From positions 4,288,001 through 4,352,000 of the forward strand of contig OZ253470.1 of assembly GCA_965261735.1 (NCBI GenBank): 64,000 nucleotides of DNA, read 5' to 3'. Position 1 is the first letter of the stretch. Every line of letters begins with the position of its first letter. The notes below the pieces were generated by a model. That model worked only from the letters and a program-made list of their open reading frames with translations. It had not been told where the DNA came from and did no database searches. Source of the DNA: Alphaproteobacteria bacterium. Its GTDB lineage: Bacteria > Pseudomonadota > Alphaproteobacteria > SHVV01. Made by a program: the position numbers and the translations under genes. Shown here piece by piece: positions 22,214-32,778 of the stretch.

Positions 22214-23555
22214 TGAGGTGGCCTCGGTTTGTCGGACAGCTTGGCGGCTTGATTAAGGTGTATTCCAGTTGTCGTTCATGCCGCCAGAATCCCTTTGCAT
22301 CGATCTCCTTGCCGTTGTTGTTGCGCCTGTGGGGATGTGGGCAAGGCGCGTAGCGGCTTGTCCATCATATCCACAGGCGGGGCGCCGCGGTAGGCCTCGG
22401 CCGGCGTTTCCCCCCCGAGCGCCGAGTGCGGCCTCTCGGTGTTGTAGAAGTCGATCCACTCGCCGATGACGCGCCGGGCCTCGAAGCCGTCGGCGAGCTC
22501 GCGCAGATAGACGGCCTCGTATTTGAGCGAGCGCCACAGCCGCTCAATGAAGATGTTGTCCAGGCACCGGCCCCTGCCGTCCATCGAGATCCGGATGCCG
22601 GTCTCCCGCAAGCGCCCGGTGAAGGCGAAGCCGGTGAACTGGCTGCCCTGGTCGGTATTGAAGATCTCCGGCGTGCCATGGCGGGCCAGCGCCTCGTCGA
22701 GCGCGTCTGTGCAGAAGCCCGCATCCAGGGTGTTCGACAGACGCCAAGCCAGCACATGCCGGTTGGCCCAGTCCATGATCGCCACCAGGTAAAGAAAGCC
22801 GCGCCGCACCGGGATGTAGGTGATGTCGGCGCACCAGACATGGTTCGCCCGCTCGATCGTCAAGCCTCTGAGCAGATAGGGGTAGACCCGGTGCTCGGGA
22901 TGCGGATCGCTGGTGCGCGGCGCCCGATAGATCGCCTGAAGCCCCATCAGGCGCATCAGACGACCGGCCCGGCGACGACCGACGCGCACGCCCTCGCGGC
23001 GTAGATGACGGACCATCTGACGGGCGCCGTAGAACGGATACTTCAGGAACAACTCATCAATGCGCCGCATCAGCGCCAGGGTCTCCGGGCTCTCGCCCTT
23101 GGGCGTGTAATAGAGCGAGGAGCGTCCGATCGACAGCAAACGGCATTGACGGCTCAAGCTCAGCGCCGGGTGAGCGCGTATCACCATCGTTCGCCTCTCG
23201 GCCCGGCTCATCGACCGGACCCTCGAGACAAAAAATCCCGCTCCACCGTCAACTCGCCGATCTTCGCGTGAAGATCACGGATCTCGCTCTCATGGTCCCG
23301 ACGGCGGCGCTCGCCCCCGTTCGAAAACACTTCGCCAAGACCATCGATCGCCTGCCGCTTCCATGTGCTCACTTGGTTCGGATGAACCTGGTGCTGCGAG
23401 GCGATCTCCTGAAGCGTCCGGTCGCCACGAAGCGCCTCAAGCGCGATCTTCGCCTTCAGCTCCCCGGAAAACCTGCGTCTCTTACTCATCGCGTATCCCT
23501 CCTCAGTCGGCGGAATACACCTTAAAAACCTGTCCGATTTTCCGGGGCCACCTCA
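22214..23555 (-). mobile_element. Complete IS3-family element (orfA 23208-23489, orfB 22276-23211)
   Basis: TGAGGTGGCC..GGCCACCTCA IRs; TTG direct repeat; WCADITY, NTDQGSQF and ERLWRSLKYE motifs. Confidence 0.93.
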
Positions 23556-23570
23556 TTGTGCGGATACGCC

Positions 23571-23634
23571 AATCGTTGTTAACGGCGGAGGAATAATGAT
23601 GGAATCGTTGTTAACGGCGGAGGAATAATGATGG
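23571..23634. repeat. Exact 32-bp tandem duplication spanning an IS21-end / IS1111-end junction
   Basis: AATCGTTGTTAACGGCGGAGGAATAATGATGG occurs twice in tandem. Confidence 0.9.
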
Positions 23635-23685
23635 AGTGGACGCCTCCTCCCGACGGCATCGCAGTGTGCCAAGGTGGTGGTGTGA
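23628..23685 (+). mobile_element. Left-end remnant of an IS1111-type element inside an IS21 end
   Basis: ATGATGGAGTGGACGCCTCCTCCCGACGGCATC is the reverse complement of 60684-60716. Confidence 0.85.
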
Positions 23686-24774
23686 GGCTTTGGTGCATGG
23701 ACCTAAGGATTAGTATATCTGGCTCCGCTTCCGTCTTTGAGAGTTTGTCATGCCTTTCAAGTTCCACGCATCGCGTCGCCACCATATCCCCAGAGCCAAG
23801 TACCGGGTCATGAACTGGCCGGATTATGACCGTGGTTTGGTTCGGCGCGACGACATTCGTTTCTGGATTGATGAGAGCGCCCTGGAGCAATGGGACGCAG
23901 CCAAGCGGCGAACTCCTGGTGGCCAGCGGCGGTTTTCAGAGTTGGCGATTTCCACGACACTGATGCTGGGGGTGGTCTTCAGATTGCCGCTGCGCCAGAC
24001 GGAAGGCTTTGTGCGTTCCCTCGTGGACTTGATGGGGTGCGATCTGCCGGTGCCGGATCACACCACGCTGTCGCGGCGGCGGCGAACGGTGGATGTCGTT
24101 GTGGAAACCAGCACGAACAAGCGGTCTACGGATATCGTGCTGGATTCCACGGGCCTGAAATTCTTTGGCGCTGGCGAGTGGGCTCGCGCCAAGCACGGTG
24201 AAACGCGGCGCTCGTGGCGCAAGCTGCATATCTCGGTTGACCCGGCCAGCAGCGAGATCCGGACGCATGAACTGACCGGTGACGACACGGCCGATGCGAC
24301 GATGGCGGGACCGCTGGTCGCCGGTTCCGGTGGGATGATCCGGCGCGTGTTTGCCGACGGCGCCTATGACGGGGAGCCCGTGACAAAAGCGATCCGAGAA
24401 GCTCGGCCATCGAATTCACCACCTGAAATCATCATCCCGCCACGCGCCACATCCATTCCTCCCCCGGACACGCCTCATGGCGGATCGGAACGGGAGCACC
24501 ATGCGGCGGAGATCGCGTCGAAGGGAAGGATGAACTGGCAGAAACGACAGGGCTACGGATTGAGAGCGCTTGGCGAAACAGCCATGGCTCGCGTCAAGAG
24601 GCTCAACGGCGGCAAGCTCAACGCTCGCACATTCCAATCCCAACAAACCGAAATCGCCATGCAGATCGACGTACTCAATCGCTCTATCCGTGCGGCGAAA
24701 CCAAACACAATCAGGATCCGCTAACCAACCGGGGAATGGGCGATCACACCATCGCGGCTCCATGCACCAAAGCC
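23686..24774 (+). mobile_element. IS5 family (IS903-like group), copy 3 (transposase 23750-24724)
   Basis: Same IRs and length as copy 2; intact ORF. Confidence 0.92.
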
Positions 24775-24935
24775 CGTTGCTACGGGACCATGCTTGGCAT
24801 CGCGTCGGTAGGCAGCGTCACGCACGGAAATTCGATCCGCAAGCGCAGGTGAGCCCGCTCGCTCGCCGGGCCGCTAAGGTCGCCGACCACGTGGGTACCG
24901 CCTCCAACTCTCGTTGAAGGCGGTGTCCCGCTTGG

Positions 24936-25142
24936 TTATTCGGTGATTGACAGGTTCTCGGCGGAAGACTTGCCGTCCCGACCCGGCTGAAGCTCGTAGG
25001 AGACCTTCTGACCTTCGTCAAGCGAACTCAGTCCGGCGCGCTCGACAGCCGAGATGTGAAGGAACGCATCTTTTGAGCCGTCTTCCGGCTCGATGAATCC
25101 GAAACCCTTAGCTGGGTTGAACCACTTTACGCATGACTGCAA
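24936..25142 (-). CDS. cspA: Cold-shock protein, native N-terminus possibly lost
   Basis: VKWFNPAKGFGFI..DAFLHISA..GKSSAENL; the usual MxTGT start is replaced by TTG-QSC. Confidence 0.8.
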   Translation of the reverse strand: MQSCVKWFNPAKGFGFIEPEDGSKDAFLHISAVERAGLSSLDEGQKVSYELQPGRDGKSSAENLSITE

Positions 25143-25166
25143 TTGTCGTCTTAACTCTTACGCAAA

Positions 25167-25211
25167 CTCATACCCTGAAGGTCGATGGTTCAAATCCAAC
25201 CCCCGCAACCA
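25167..25211 (+). pseudogene. Degenerate 3' half of tRNA-fMet (att-like site)
   Basis: CTCATACCCTGAAGGTCGATGGTTCAAATCCAACCCCCGCAACCA; CAT anticodon loop, T-loop and CCA present, 5' half absent. Confidence 0.8.
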
Positions 25212-25215
25212 AATA

Positions 25216-25254
25216 AAACGCCACTAGGACAACATCTTAGAGGCGTTTCTGTTT
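25216..25254 (+). terminator. Possible hairpin terminator after the tRNA fragment
   Basis: AAACGCC..GGCGTTT stem followed by T-rich bases. Confidence 0.4.
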
Positions 25255-25459
25255 TGGGCAATCCCTTCCAATACACGTTTCGGAATGTCCTCGGAATGGT
25301 TTTTGGGAGAACCCCAGGCATCTCCTGACCTCTCGTGACCTCCGCCGCTGTACTGTACTTCCCTGCGGTTCCCGTAAACATTCCGTTAGGCCGTGGAGAT
25401 CCCCCATCTGAATCGTCGTCCACATCGAATCGAGATCCCGCAAGGGGGCCTTCTCGGCG

Positions 25460-26724
25460 CGGAAGGTCAGAACAGCCTGTCCACCGACGATCCGCCAGCG
25501 CATGCCGGAGCGCTTCATGCGCTGTGTCACCAGGGTCTTGTTGGCAGCCTCGACCACGCCTGAGCCGATGGCGATGCCCTCTTCCTTCAGGGCGTGGTAG
25601 CGCATGCGATGGTGATGCTTGCGGAAGAAGGCGAGTTCCCGCTCGGTCTCGGCCCGGTCCGGCGCAGCGGCGGCATCGCGAAGGTGGCGCAGCGCCCGGA
25701 TCACCTTGGCGACGCCACGGGGATCGTGACGGATGGATCTCGCGGCACTTCTCGAACCAGCCGGGCGCCACGGCATGGTCGGACGCGGTTTGCAGATGTT
25801 CGCAAGCATGCCAGAAGTCGATCACCTCGGTTTCGGGCGACAGGGTCTCCAGGAAGGTCCAGTTGTCGGCGGCGCCATCGGCGATAGCGACGATCCCGAT
25901 CTCGGGGCGTGCTCGCCTGATGTGTGCGACTTCGCTTGCAAGCTGCGCCTTCAGCGTGAGCTTGCCGCTCTCCGGCATGGGGCCGAGATAGAGGGTCTTC
26001 AGGCGCTTGCCCTCGGCGTCGTGGAAGGAGACCGTGCCGCAGGCGGCCTCGCGCCAGGAGGCCTTGGCGCGACCGTCCTCGCCGGGTCTCAGCGGCACCA
26101 TGACGCCGTCGAGGGAGACCGAGGCGGTGGTCGCGTCCTGCGGTATGCCCTCGGCCTCACGGATGCTGCCCAGCGTCTCCGGGCCGAGGCTCTCCCAGCA
26201 TTCGTGCATGCTCAGGGTCAGGCGCTCACCGACGGCGTCATGGCGCCGGTCTTCGCAAAGAACGCCGCCGCTTCCCGGGCCGTGCAGCGACCCATCATCA
26301 GCAGACCGAGCTCGGCCGCCGGCCGCGTCAGGTAATCGTCGACGAGGCCCAGGCTCTCGTCGACCGGCACCGGCGATGCCCCGCTCGCGCCGCTGCGGTA
26401 ACGCGCTCGCCGGTAGGTCACCGGACCGAGCGAGGTCATGATCGTCTTCGGCGTCACCGCGACCCGGAACCAGCTCTGCCCGTCCCGCTCGATCCGGGAA
26501 GCGCCATCGTCCCGGTTCTCGATGACGGCGCCCATGACATCGCGAGCGAACTCGTTCGTGGCCTCACGCACCCGCAACTCGACCTCCTCGGGCGCCTCGG
26601 GGCGCGGCTCGGAACGAAGCTCCTCGCGACACAGTGCGAGCACCCGGGCGACCGCCTCGACGACCCGAGGAGGCAGGCCGGAAAGATCGATGGACGAAGG
26701 CGCCGGAGGCGGGGATACTGCCAT
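25460..26724 (-). pseudogene. ISKra4/ISLre2-like (UPF0236-type) transposase, two frameshifts
   Basis: SLDGVMV, IADGA..W, IDFWHACEHL and IGSGVVEAANK..RMKRSGMRW spread across three frames. Confidence 0.75.
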
Positions 26725-26899
26725 GGGAATGCCCCCGATGTTGGGTTTCGAGACACGGCATCGTACCGCTTCTGGCGGTGCGGAGCGTTCCCACCTTCCC
26801 CTGCTCGACCCTGCCGTCGTGACAAAATCCTGCCTTGGAGCGGCCCATTGTCACGAATAGCCGTTTTCGGCCGTTCGTCTCGACACAAAAACGCACTAA

Positions 26900-28272
26900 C
26901 AGGCTGCTGAAAAAGTCATCATTGCCGGGCCTTGAACTCGGATTCATCGCCGAAATGAAATGAGATTTCGTGTCTTAGGGTGAAACCGTCTTCAATCTCG
27001 ACCGATCCGATGCCCTGGGCTTCGTCCAGTTCGATGATCTGCCACTTTGCGGTCAGCGGCGTGCCGGCATCGCCCGTCATGTTGGCGCCTCCGCCAGCAG
27101 TCTGGGTAGTCGGACGAGGTTGTAGGCGGCCAAGGCCAGGGTGAACGAAGCGTCGACCCGGTGGCGGCCCCGGAATTTGGTCTTGCTCAATCCCGCGCTC
27201 GTCTTGACCCAGCCGAAGACCTCCTCGATGCGCTTGCGGCAACGTTGGCTGACGCCGTAACCGGGATGGCGCGTCGTGCGCCCGTCTATCTTGGTCTTGC
27301 GCCGCTTGCCGGTCTTGGTGACGTGGTCCTGGACGGCGATATGGGGGGTCACCTTGCGGTGCCGCAGTTCCTCGACAAAATCCGCGACGTCAAAACCCTT
27401 GTCCCCGCCCACCGTGATCCGACGCCGCCCGCCTCTACTCTCCACCGGGCGATGCCTGTCGATCAGATCAAGGGCGGCTTCGCGTTCCGCCGTGCCCGAC
27501 GCAATGGTCACGCCGCCGCCGACTGCCAGACCATGGCGGTTCTCCGTCAGCGCATGGCCCATGTAACACAGCTTGCTTTCCCGGCCATTACCCTTGCGAT
27601 AAAGCCGGGCGTCCGGATCAGTGGTGCTTGCATGGGTCGCGTTCGAGCGTTTCTCGCCATGAAAATCCCGCGCGGCGTTGCGCCCCGATCCCCCGTCGCC
27701 ATCGTCCTCACCTTTGGGACGAAAGCTCTTCATCGACGCCCAGGCCTCGATCAATGTTCCGTCTACCGAAAAATGATCCCGGCTCAATAGTCCCCCTACC
27801 TTGTGGTGCTGGATAACCCCCGCAAGCAGCTGCCCCGAAACCTCCGCCTCCAGAAGACGGTCCCGGTTGTGGCAGAACGCGCTGGCGTCCCACACGCCAT
27901 CGTCCAGCCCAAGCCCCACAAACCAGCAAAACAGCATGTTGAAGTTTAGCTGCTCCATCAGCTGACGCTCCGAGCGGATCGAATAAAACGCCTGCAACAG
28001 TAACGCTCGAAGAAGCTTCTCCGGCGGGATCGATGGGCGACCCATGTGGGAATAAAGCGTCTCGAACTCCGAAGATAGAGACCCCAATACGTCGTTCACG
28101 ATCTCACGGATCAGACGCAGCGGATGATCATCCGGAACACGCTCTTCCAAGTCTACGTAGCTGAATAAATTGCCACTGCTTTGATCTCGACCCCGCATGC
28201 CATCCTCCATCACTCGAAGAAATCACAGAATCATGTCACAACTGCAAAGGCGAGGACTTTTTCAGCAGCCTG
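26900..28272 (-). mobile_element. IS5-family element, copy B (transposase 27077-28213)
   Basis: Same 1373-bp element as 13724-15096; CTAA direct repeat. Confidence 0.92.
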
Positions 28273-28277
28273 CTAAA

Positions 28278-29672
28278 TCAAAGACCTAAATTTTCCATAC
28301 CAGACCCACACCCGACCAAACTCCAGAATGAACTTTTCCTGCCGTGCTCGCGGCGTAATCTAGCTTCGTAGGTATCATGCGCTACATATGCCCCGAAATC
28401 CTCGATTGCCGAAGCAAGACTCGAACACTCCGTGAGATGTCGTGCGGCATGCTTGTATCGGCTGGAGCGGCTATATGTCAGTGCGAAGTCGATCATCGCG
28501 CGAAGCACCAGCGTCGCGGCCAACGGATACTTGCCAGCCATCGCGCTGGCGGCCGGGGTTAATATCTCATAGTGATTGCCGTCTAAATCCGGCGCCTGCC
28601 GGATAGTGAACGCGGCCGCTCTGTCTAGGGCGGGCCACGATATCGGGAATGACAGCGCCTCGAGTGGGCTGTCGTAGTTCTGCGCATAATCGAGCGCCCG
28701 CTCCTCGGCCTCAAGATCGTCAAAGTCGGCCAAGCGCTTCAGATAGGCGCGCAGATGCGGGATCGACAACGACTGCTCGAAGCACGACCAGCGATCTGCC
28801 TGGGCCTCGTCGCCACGGCCGAGTGCGTCGAGCACATCGATCCGTGCGTCCTTCCACTCTAAAGTCGACCAATCCCTGCTATCCTGTTTGTGCTCGGCAG
28901 CGTCGATCGTATGCAATGCCTCTTCGGGCCTGTCCGCAGCAAGCAGCCGCCGGGCGATTCGCGCAGCAATATTCGGTACCTTTCTCCTTTGCTCGTCATA
29001 TTGGGCTATGAATGCGTCAACGTCGCCCTGGGCATCCGCGATCTCCGTCAGTGCAAGGTGTGACGTGCTGGTCCGGGATCGGCTAGGTTTTTTGGACAGC
29101 GCAATCATCCGCTGTTTCAAGTGCTCCAGGCCTTTCTGCCCCAGGGCTGGTATCAGAACATGGATCAGGGAATCGTACTGGCCATAGCCGTTGTCGACCA
29201 ACGCGTGGAACGCATCGTCGGCGAGCATTTCCTGATCGGGCTTTGCTGCTTTCGCAATCTCGCCGAGGTCGTTTGCTGCGTCGTGGAAGAGGCCGATCAC
29301 GGTTCCACTGCTGTCATAGCAACGCTCGAAGACAGAGCCGGCCAGTGCCATGAAACGCCACATCAGTTCCAGTCCCTCGGTCGGATTGCGTTTGGCCACC
29401 TTGTCGACAATGGCGCGGCGTTGAATTTGCAAATCATCGACCAGGGCCCGTCGGTTCTGCCAGTCGACGAACTCGCGGGAGCGGGCGATCGTCGCCAGCC
29501 GCTTGCGGATTTCTCCCGCAACGGCGGCGGGGCTCTCCTCGCCGGCCAGCTCCAGCCTGAGCCGACGTTTGGCCAAGGTGTTATCGGTGCTGATCTCGAT
29601 CAACAGTTCGGCAAGCCGACGGGCGCCCAGCGCCTCGAGATTCTTCGCGTTCAGTGTCTTCTTCGAAGCCAT
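28278..29672 (-). CDS. DUF6880-like helical protein
   Basis: MASKKTLNAKNLEALGARRLAELL..DSSG..YPLAATLVLRAMIDFAL..HGRKSSFW. Confidence 0.7.
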   Translation of the reverse strand: MASKKTLNAKNLEALGARRLAELLIEISTDNTLAKRRLRLELAGEESPAAVAGEIRKRLATIARSREFVDWQNRRALVDDLQIQRRAIVDKVAKRNPTEGLELMWRFMALAGSVFERCYDSSGTVIGLFHDAANDLGEIAKAAKPDQEMLADDAFHALVDNGYGQYDSLIHVLIPALGQKGLEHLKQRMIALSKKPSRSRTSTSHLALTEIADAQGDVDAFIAQYDEQRRKVPNIAARIARRLLAADRPEEALHTIDAAEHKQDSRDWSTLEWKDARIDVLDALGRGDEAQADRWSCFEQSLSIPHLRAYLKRLADFDDLEAEERALDYAQNYDSPLEALSFPISWPALDRAAAFTIRQAPDLDGNHYEILTPAASAMAGKYPLAATLVLRAMIDFALTYSRSSRYKHAARHLTECSSLASAIEDFGAYVAHDTYEARLRREHGRKSSFWSLVGCGSGMENLGL

Positions 29673-29732
29673 CAGCTTAGCCATCCCGCCCTGGAATGCC
29701 CCCCAAAAGGAGTCCAAGGTTATGCGGATAAC

Positions 29733-30659
29733 TCAAGCTGCCGCCTTGAATCGCTCGAAGCGCAGTGCAAGCCGGTCGCGATCGGGGCGATCCTTGTCAC
29801 GGTTCGGGAGGTGGATGGTTCCGCCGTTCAGCCGCTTCATGGATTCCAGCATCGGGCCGTCCGTTTGGATCAGCAGCCGCTCGGACACGTGCAGCCGATA
29901 ATTCGGGTCGATACCGATCAGATGCGCGTCGAAGGCGGCGTGATGGATTTTCGACAGGGGGATGCCGTTGGGCACCACGGGCTGGCCGAGCCGCACGTCC
30001 GTGTCGGCAACGATATGGGCGGCGTCCAGAAGCAGCGGCTCGGGAAGTCCCGACAATGCACAGCGGCCGTTGTAGGCGCTGATGACGGCCTCGCGAAACG
30101 ATGCCTGATGTAGCCGCTGCTTGACGGCGCGTAGAGCGTAGCGGCGTTCCAGCGCGTTCTCGGGTGGTGCCAGGGAGGCTTGATCTGGCACACCAAACGC
30201 GACGCGCGCCTTTAGCGCCGTGGCGTCCCACCCCGAAATGAATGCAGGCAGCATGGCCTGGTAGCGGCCAGGCGCGATACCGAGGAAATAGATGATTGGA
30301 ATCCTGTTCTCAAACGCTTCGCGAAGCCACTGGTTATCGGCCGCATCCGGGTTGCCGCTCATAAAGGCGTAGTCGATTGTCTCGTCGCCCTCGAAAATCT
30401 GCCGATGCGCCTCGCGTTGGTCGTCGTCGCAAACCTTGCCACCCGGCTTCGGGAAAACAGTCTTGATGGAAAGCAGGAAGCGCATCTGCCTCGGCTTGAA
30501 GATGCCGCGCTGGGGATTGATGAGCGGAATGCGTTCTCCTTGAAATACGAAGCCCGGCTTGAGTTCGTTCGCGGTCAGGTTACCGTGGATTTCACCGAGC
30601 TTTCGCAAATGCTCGAAAGCCGCCATGCGCATCGGGGTGTCGAGGTCGTCATCGGTCAT
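29733..30659 (-). CDS. HNH endonuclease with putative SRA-like N-terminal domain
   Basis: RLHQASFR..CALSG..LDAAHI..NGIPLSKIHHAAFD; N-terminal GIFKP..DNQWLREA..PIIYF. Confidence 0.8.
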   Translation of the reverse strand: MTDDDLDTPMRMAAFEHLRKLGEIHGNLTANELKPGFVFQGERIPLINPQRGIFKPRQMRFLLSIKTVFPKPGGKVCDDDQREAHRQIFEGDETIDYAFMSGNPDAADNQWLREAFENRIPIIYFLGIAPGRYQAMLPAFISGWDATALKARVAFGVPDQASLAPPENALERRYALRAVKQRLHQASFREAVISAYNGRCALSGLPEPLLLDAAHIVADTDVRLGQPVVPNGIPLSKIHHAAFDAHLIGIDPNYRLHVSERLLIQTDGPMLESMKRLNGGTIHLPNRDKDRPDRDRLALRFERFKAAA

Positions 30660-30671
30660 CGGCGTCCCCCG

Positions 30672-31225
30672 TCATTCCTTGAAACAATGCTCGTTGTGCC
30701 AAGTCAGGGCGGCGGCATCCGGGCGCTGGCCGATATCCGAAGGCGCATCGATTTTGCGACCGTGAAGCGCGTAGTAGTGCTTGCCGTTGTCAAACTCCTC
30801 CCGGATGCGCCGGCTGACATCGAAGCGCAGATCGGGTGTCACCGTCACATAGCCGGCGTCGAACAGGCTGTGAATGTCCCGCCGCAGCAATAGTCCGTTC
30901 CGCGCCTCGTGCGCACCGCCATCGCCATAGGGGCGTATATGCGCCGCCTCCAAGGCAGGCAGTGTCCGCTCTTGAGTGACCGCGCAGCGCCGCCAATAGA
31001 TATCCGTGACCAGCACACGGAACGCGCCTTGCCCAAGGCGGGGACGAATGAGATGCGGCTCGCCAAATCGCGCCTGCTCCCCTGCCATGCCCGCCATCTG
31101 TGGCCGGCTGAGGCGATCGTTCACGGCTTCCCACAAAGCCAGTCCTTCGGCACTGTCTGTGTTGTAGGTCTTGAAAGACACAATTCTCGGCGAGAAACTC
31201 GCCGGCACGGGAATCCAGTCGCGTG
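30672..31225 (-). pseudogene. HNH endonuclease, 5'-truncated
   Basis: RLGQGAFR..CAVT..LEAAHIRPY..NGLLLRRDIHSLFD..LTWHN. Confidence 0.8.
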
Positions 31226-31299
31226 GGGGTCGGGGGGTAAATGCACCGCAACTGGTGGCAGGCTCCACTGTGCCGCGCGCAGCCGCGATATTCTTCAGC

Positions 31300-31509
31300 T
31301 GTAGTAATTCAGACCTGATCTGACAGGTACCGGTTTTGAGGCGGCGTCTGTCAGTTTAAGTTCCGGCTACGAACCTTTCCCTCCAGATGGCTTTGCCTTC
31401 CTCCAGGGTCTGCATGGGGGTTCGCCCTTCACAGATTTTGCCCTGATGGGTGCGTTCATTGTTGTAGTGATCGATCCATTCGTCGAGATCATTCTGCAGT
31501 TGCCCGATG
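31300..31509 (-). mobile_element. IS481-family 3' remnant
   Basis: LQNDLDEWIDHYNNERTHQGKICEGRTPMQT; TGT-type end at 31300. Confidence 0.75.
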
Positions 31510-32180
31510 CTTGCCTATCCGGTTTACACCCACACCCACTAGGGCTAGAATGGGCGCAACCCGGATATAGGGGAGCGCGCCATGGATGTTCTCGACCGCG
31601 CCGATCTCCCATTCCCGCATTCGCTACCCGAGTTCCAGCGACTTTTCCCCGATGATGCGGCCTGCGCCGCCTACCTGGAGAAAGCCCGCTGGGGAGACGG
31701 CTTTGCCTGCCCGCACTGCGGCACGGCGGGAGAGCCGTTCCACTTTGAAAACCGCCCTGGCGTCCTGCGCTGCCGCAAGTGCCGCCAGAACACCGGGCTG
31801 ACGGTGGGAACAGTGATGGAGCGTAGCCACACTCCGCTGAACGTCTGGTTCTGGGCCGCTTATCTGGTCGCCAGTCAGACGCCCGGCATGTCCGCCGTGC
31901 AGTTTCAGCGGCAACTTGGTCTTTCGCGCTACGAGACGGCCTTTCAAATTCTCCACAAGCTCCGCTCGGGCATGGTGCGGCCCAACCAAGACAGGATCGG
32001 TGGACAGCCCAAGAACCATGTTGAGGTGGACGAAACCTGGGTTGGCGGGCGAACGCGTGGGGAAGGCCGTGGTGTTCACCACAAGGTTCCCGTCTCCTGT
32101 GCCATCGAGGTGCGTCATCGAAAGCCGGGCACCAAGCTCGACAACCGGAAAGACGGACGCTATGCCGGACGCGTTCGGCT
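31510..32180 (+). mobile_element. IS1595-family element, left end plus truncated transposase (ATG 31582)
   Basis: IR CTTGCCTATCCGG; sequence matches 48331-48930, then breaks. Confidence 0.88.
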
Positions 32181-32425
32181 CGACCGCCAGTCGAGGATGC
32201 TCCGGTGTGCTTGCCGGATCGTCTCTTCGACCGCGCCTGGCGCGTTGCCTTGCGCCCGTGCGAGGCTCGCGGCTTGGTGCATGGCCTCGTCCCACGCCTG
32301 CTCCTCGGCGGGTGTGTCCAGAGGCGATTCGCCGGACTGGCCGGTGGCATCGTCGCGGCGTTCGTCCGCGTCCATGACCTCGCCGGCCCTGGGGGCCTCG
32401 TCGCTACGCTCCTCGGCCCCCAGGG
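32180..32425 (-). pseudogene. Internal fragment of a DUF2201-type metallopeptidase
   Basis: GEVMDA..EQAWDEAMHQAASLARAQGNAPG..LDWRS. Confidence 0.55.
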
Positions 32426-32554
32426 CCGGAACGGAAACCTCATTCAATGTCATCGAGTCTCTCTCTGCGGTCATCGGTTTTCACCTCCACCGCCCTACAG
32501 AAATTCCAAAGGTTGCTGGTGTCTCAGTGATGTTGGCAGAGAGGGCGGGTCCAC

Positions 32555-32667
32555 GAGACGATCCGCATGACGCCGGCGATGATGCTTGGCGTGGCCGATC
32601 ATATTTGGAGCGTGGGCGAGTTGATCGAGGTCGCTGCGAGCTCGGATTTCCTAAATAGGACAGCGCC
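32555..32667 (+). mobile_element. IS1-family 3' remnant
   Basis: TPAMMLGVADHIWSVGELI C-terminal motif. Confidence 0.6.
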
Positions 32668-32778
32668 ATCGCTTGGGCGGGTTGACTATGATCGGGGACA
32701 AGGAGGAGGTTGCCGCGCCGGCAAACTCCCGGGTAATGACTGTGCTGCAAAGGCGCAGTGCAGATAGGGAGCAGTCCA

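Noticed and set aside
25167-25211. Functional tRNA-Met
   Set aside because: The 5' acceptor strand and D-arm are missing and the T-stem is mismatched
13724-28272. IS5 composite transposon
   Set aside because: The copies have separate TTAG and CTAA duplications, and copy A cleanly splits a single gene
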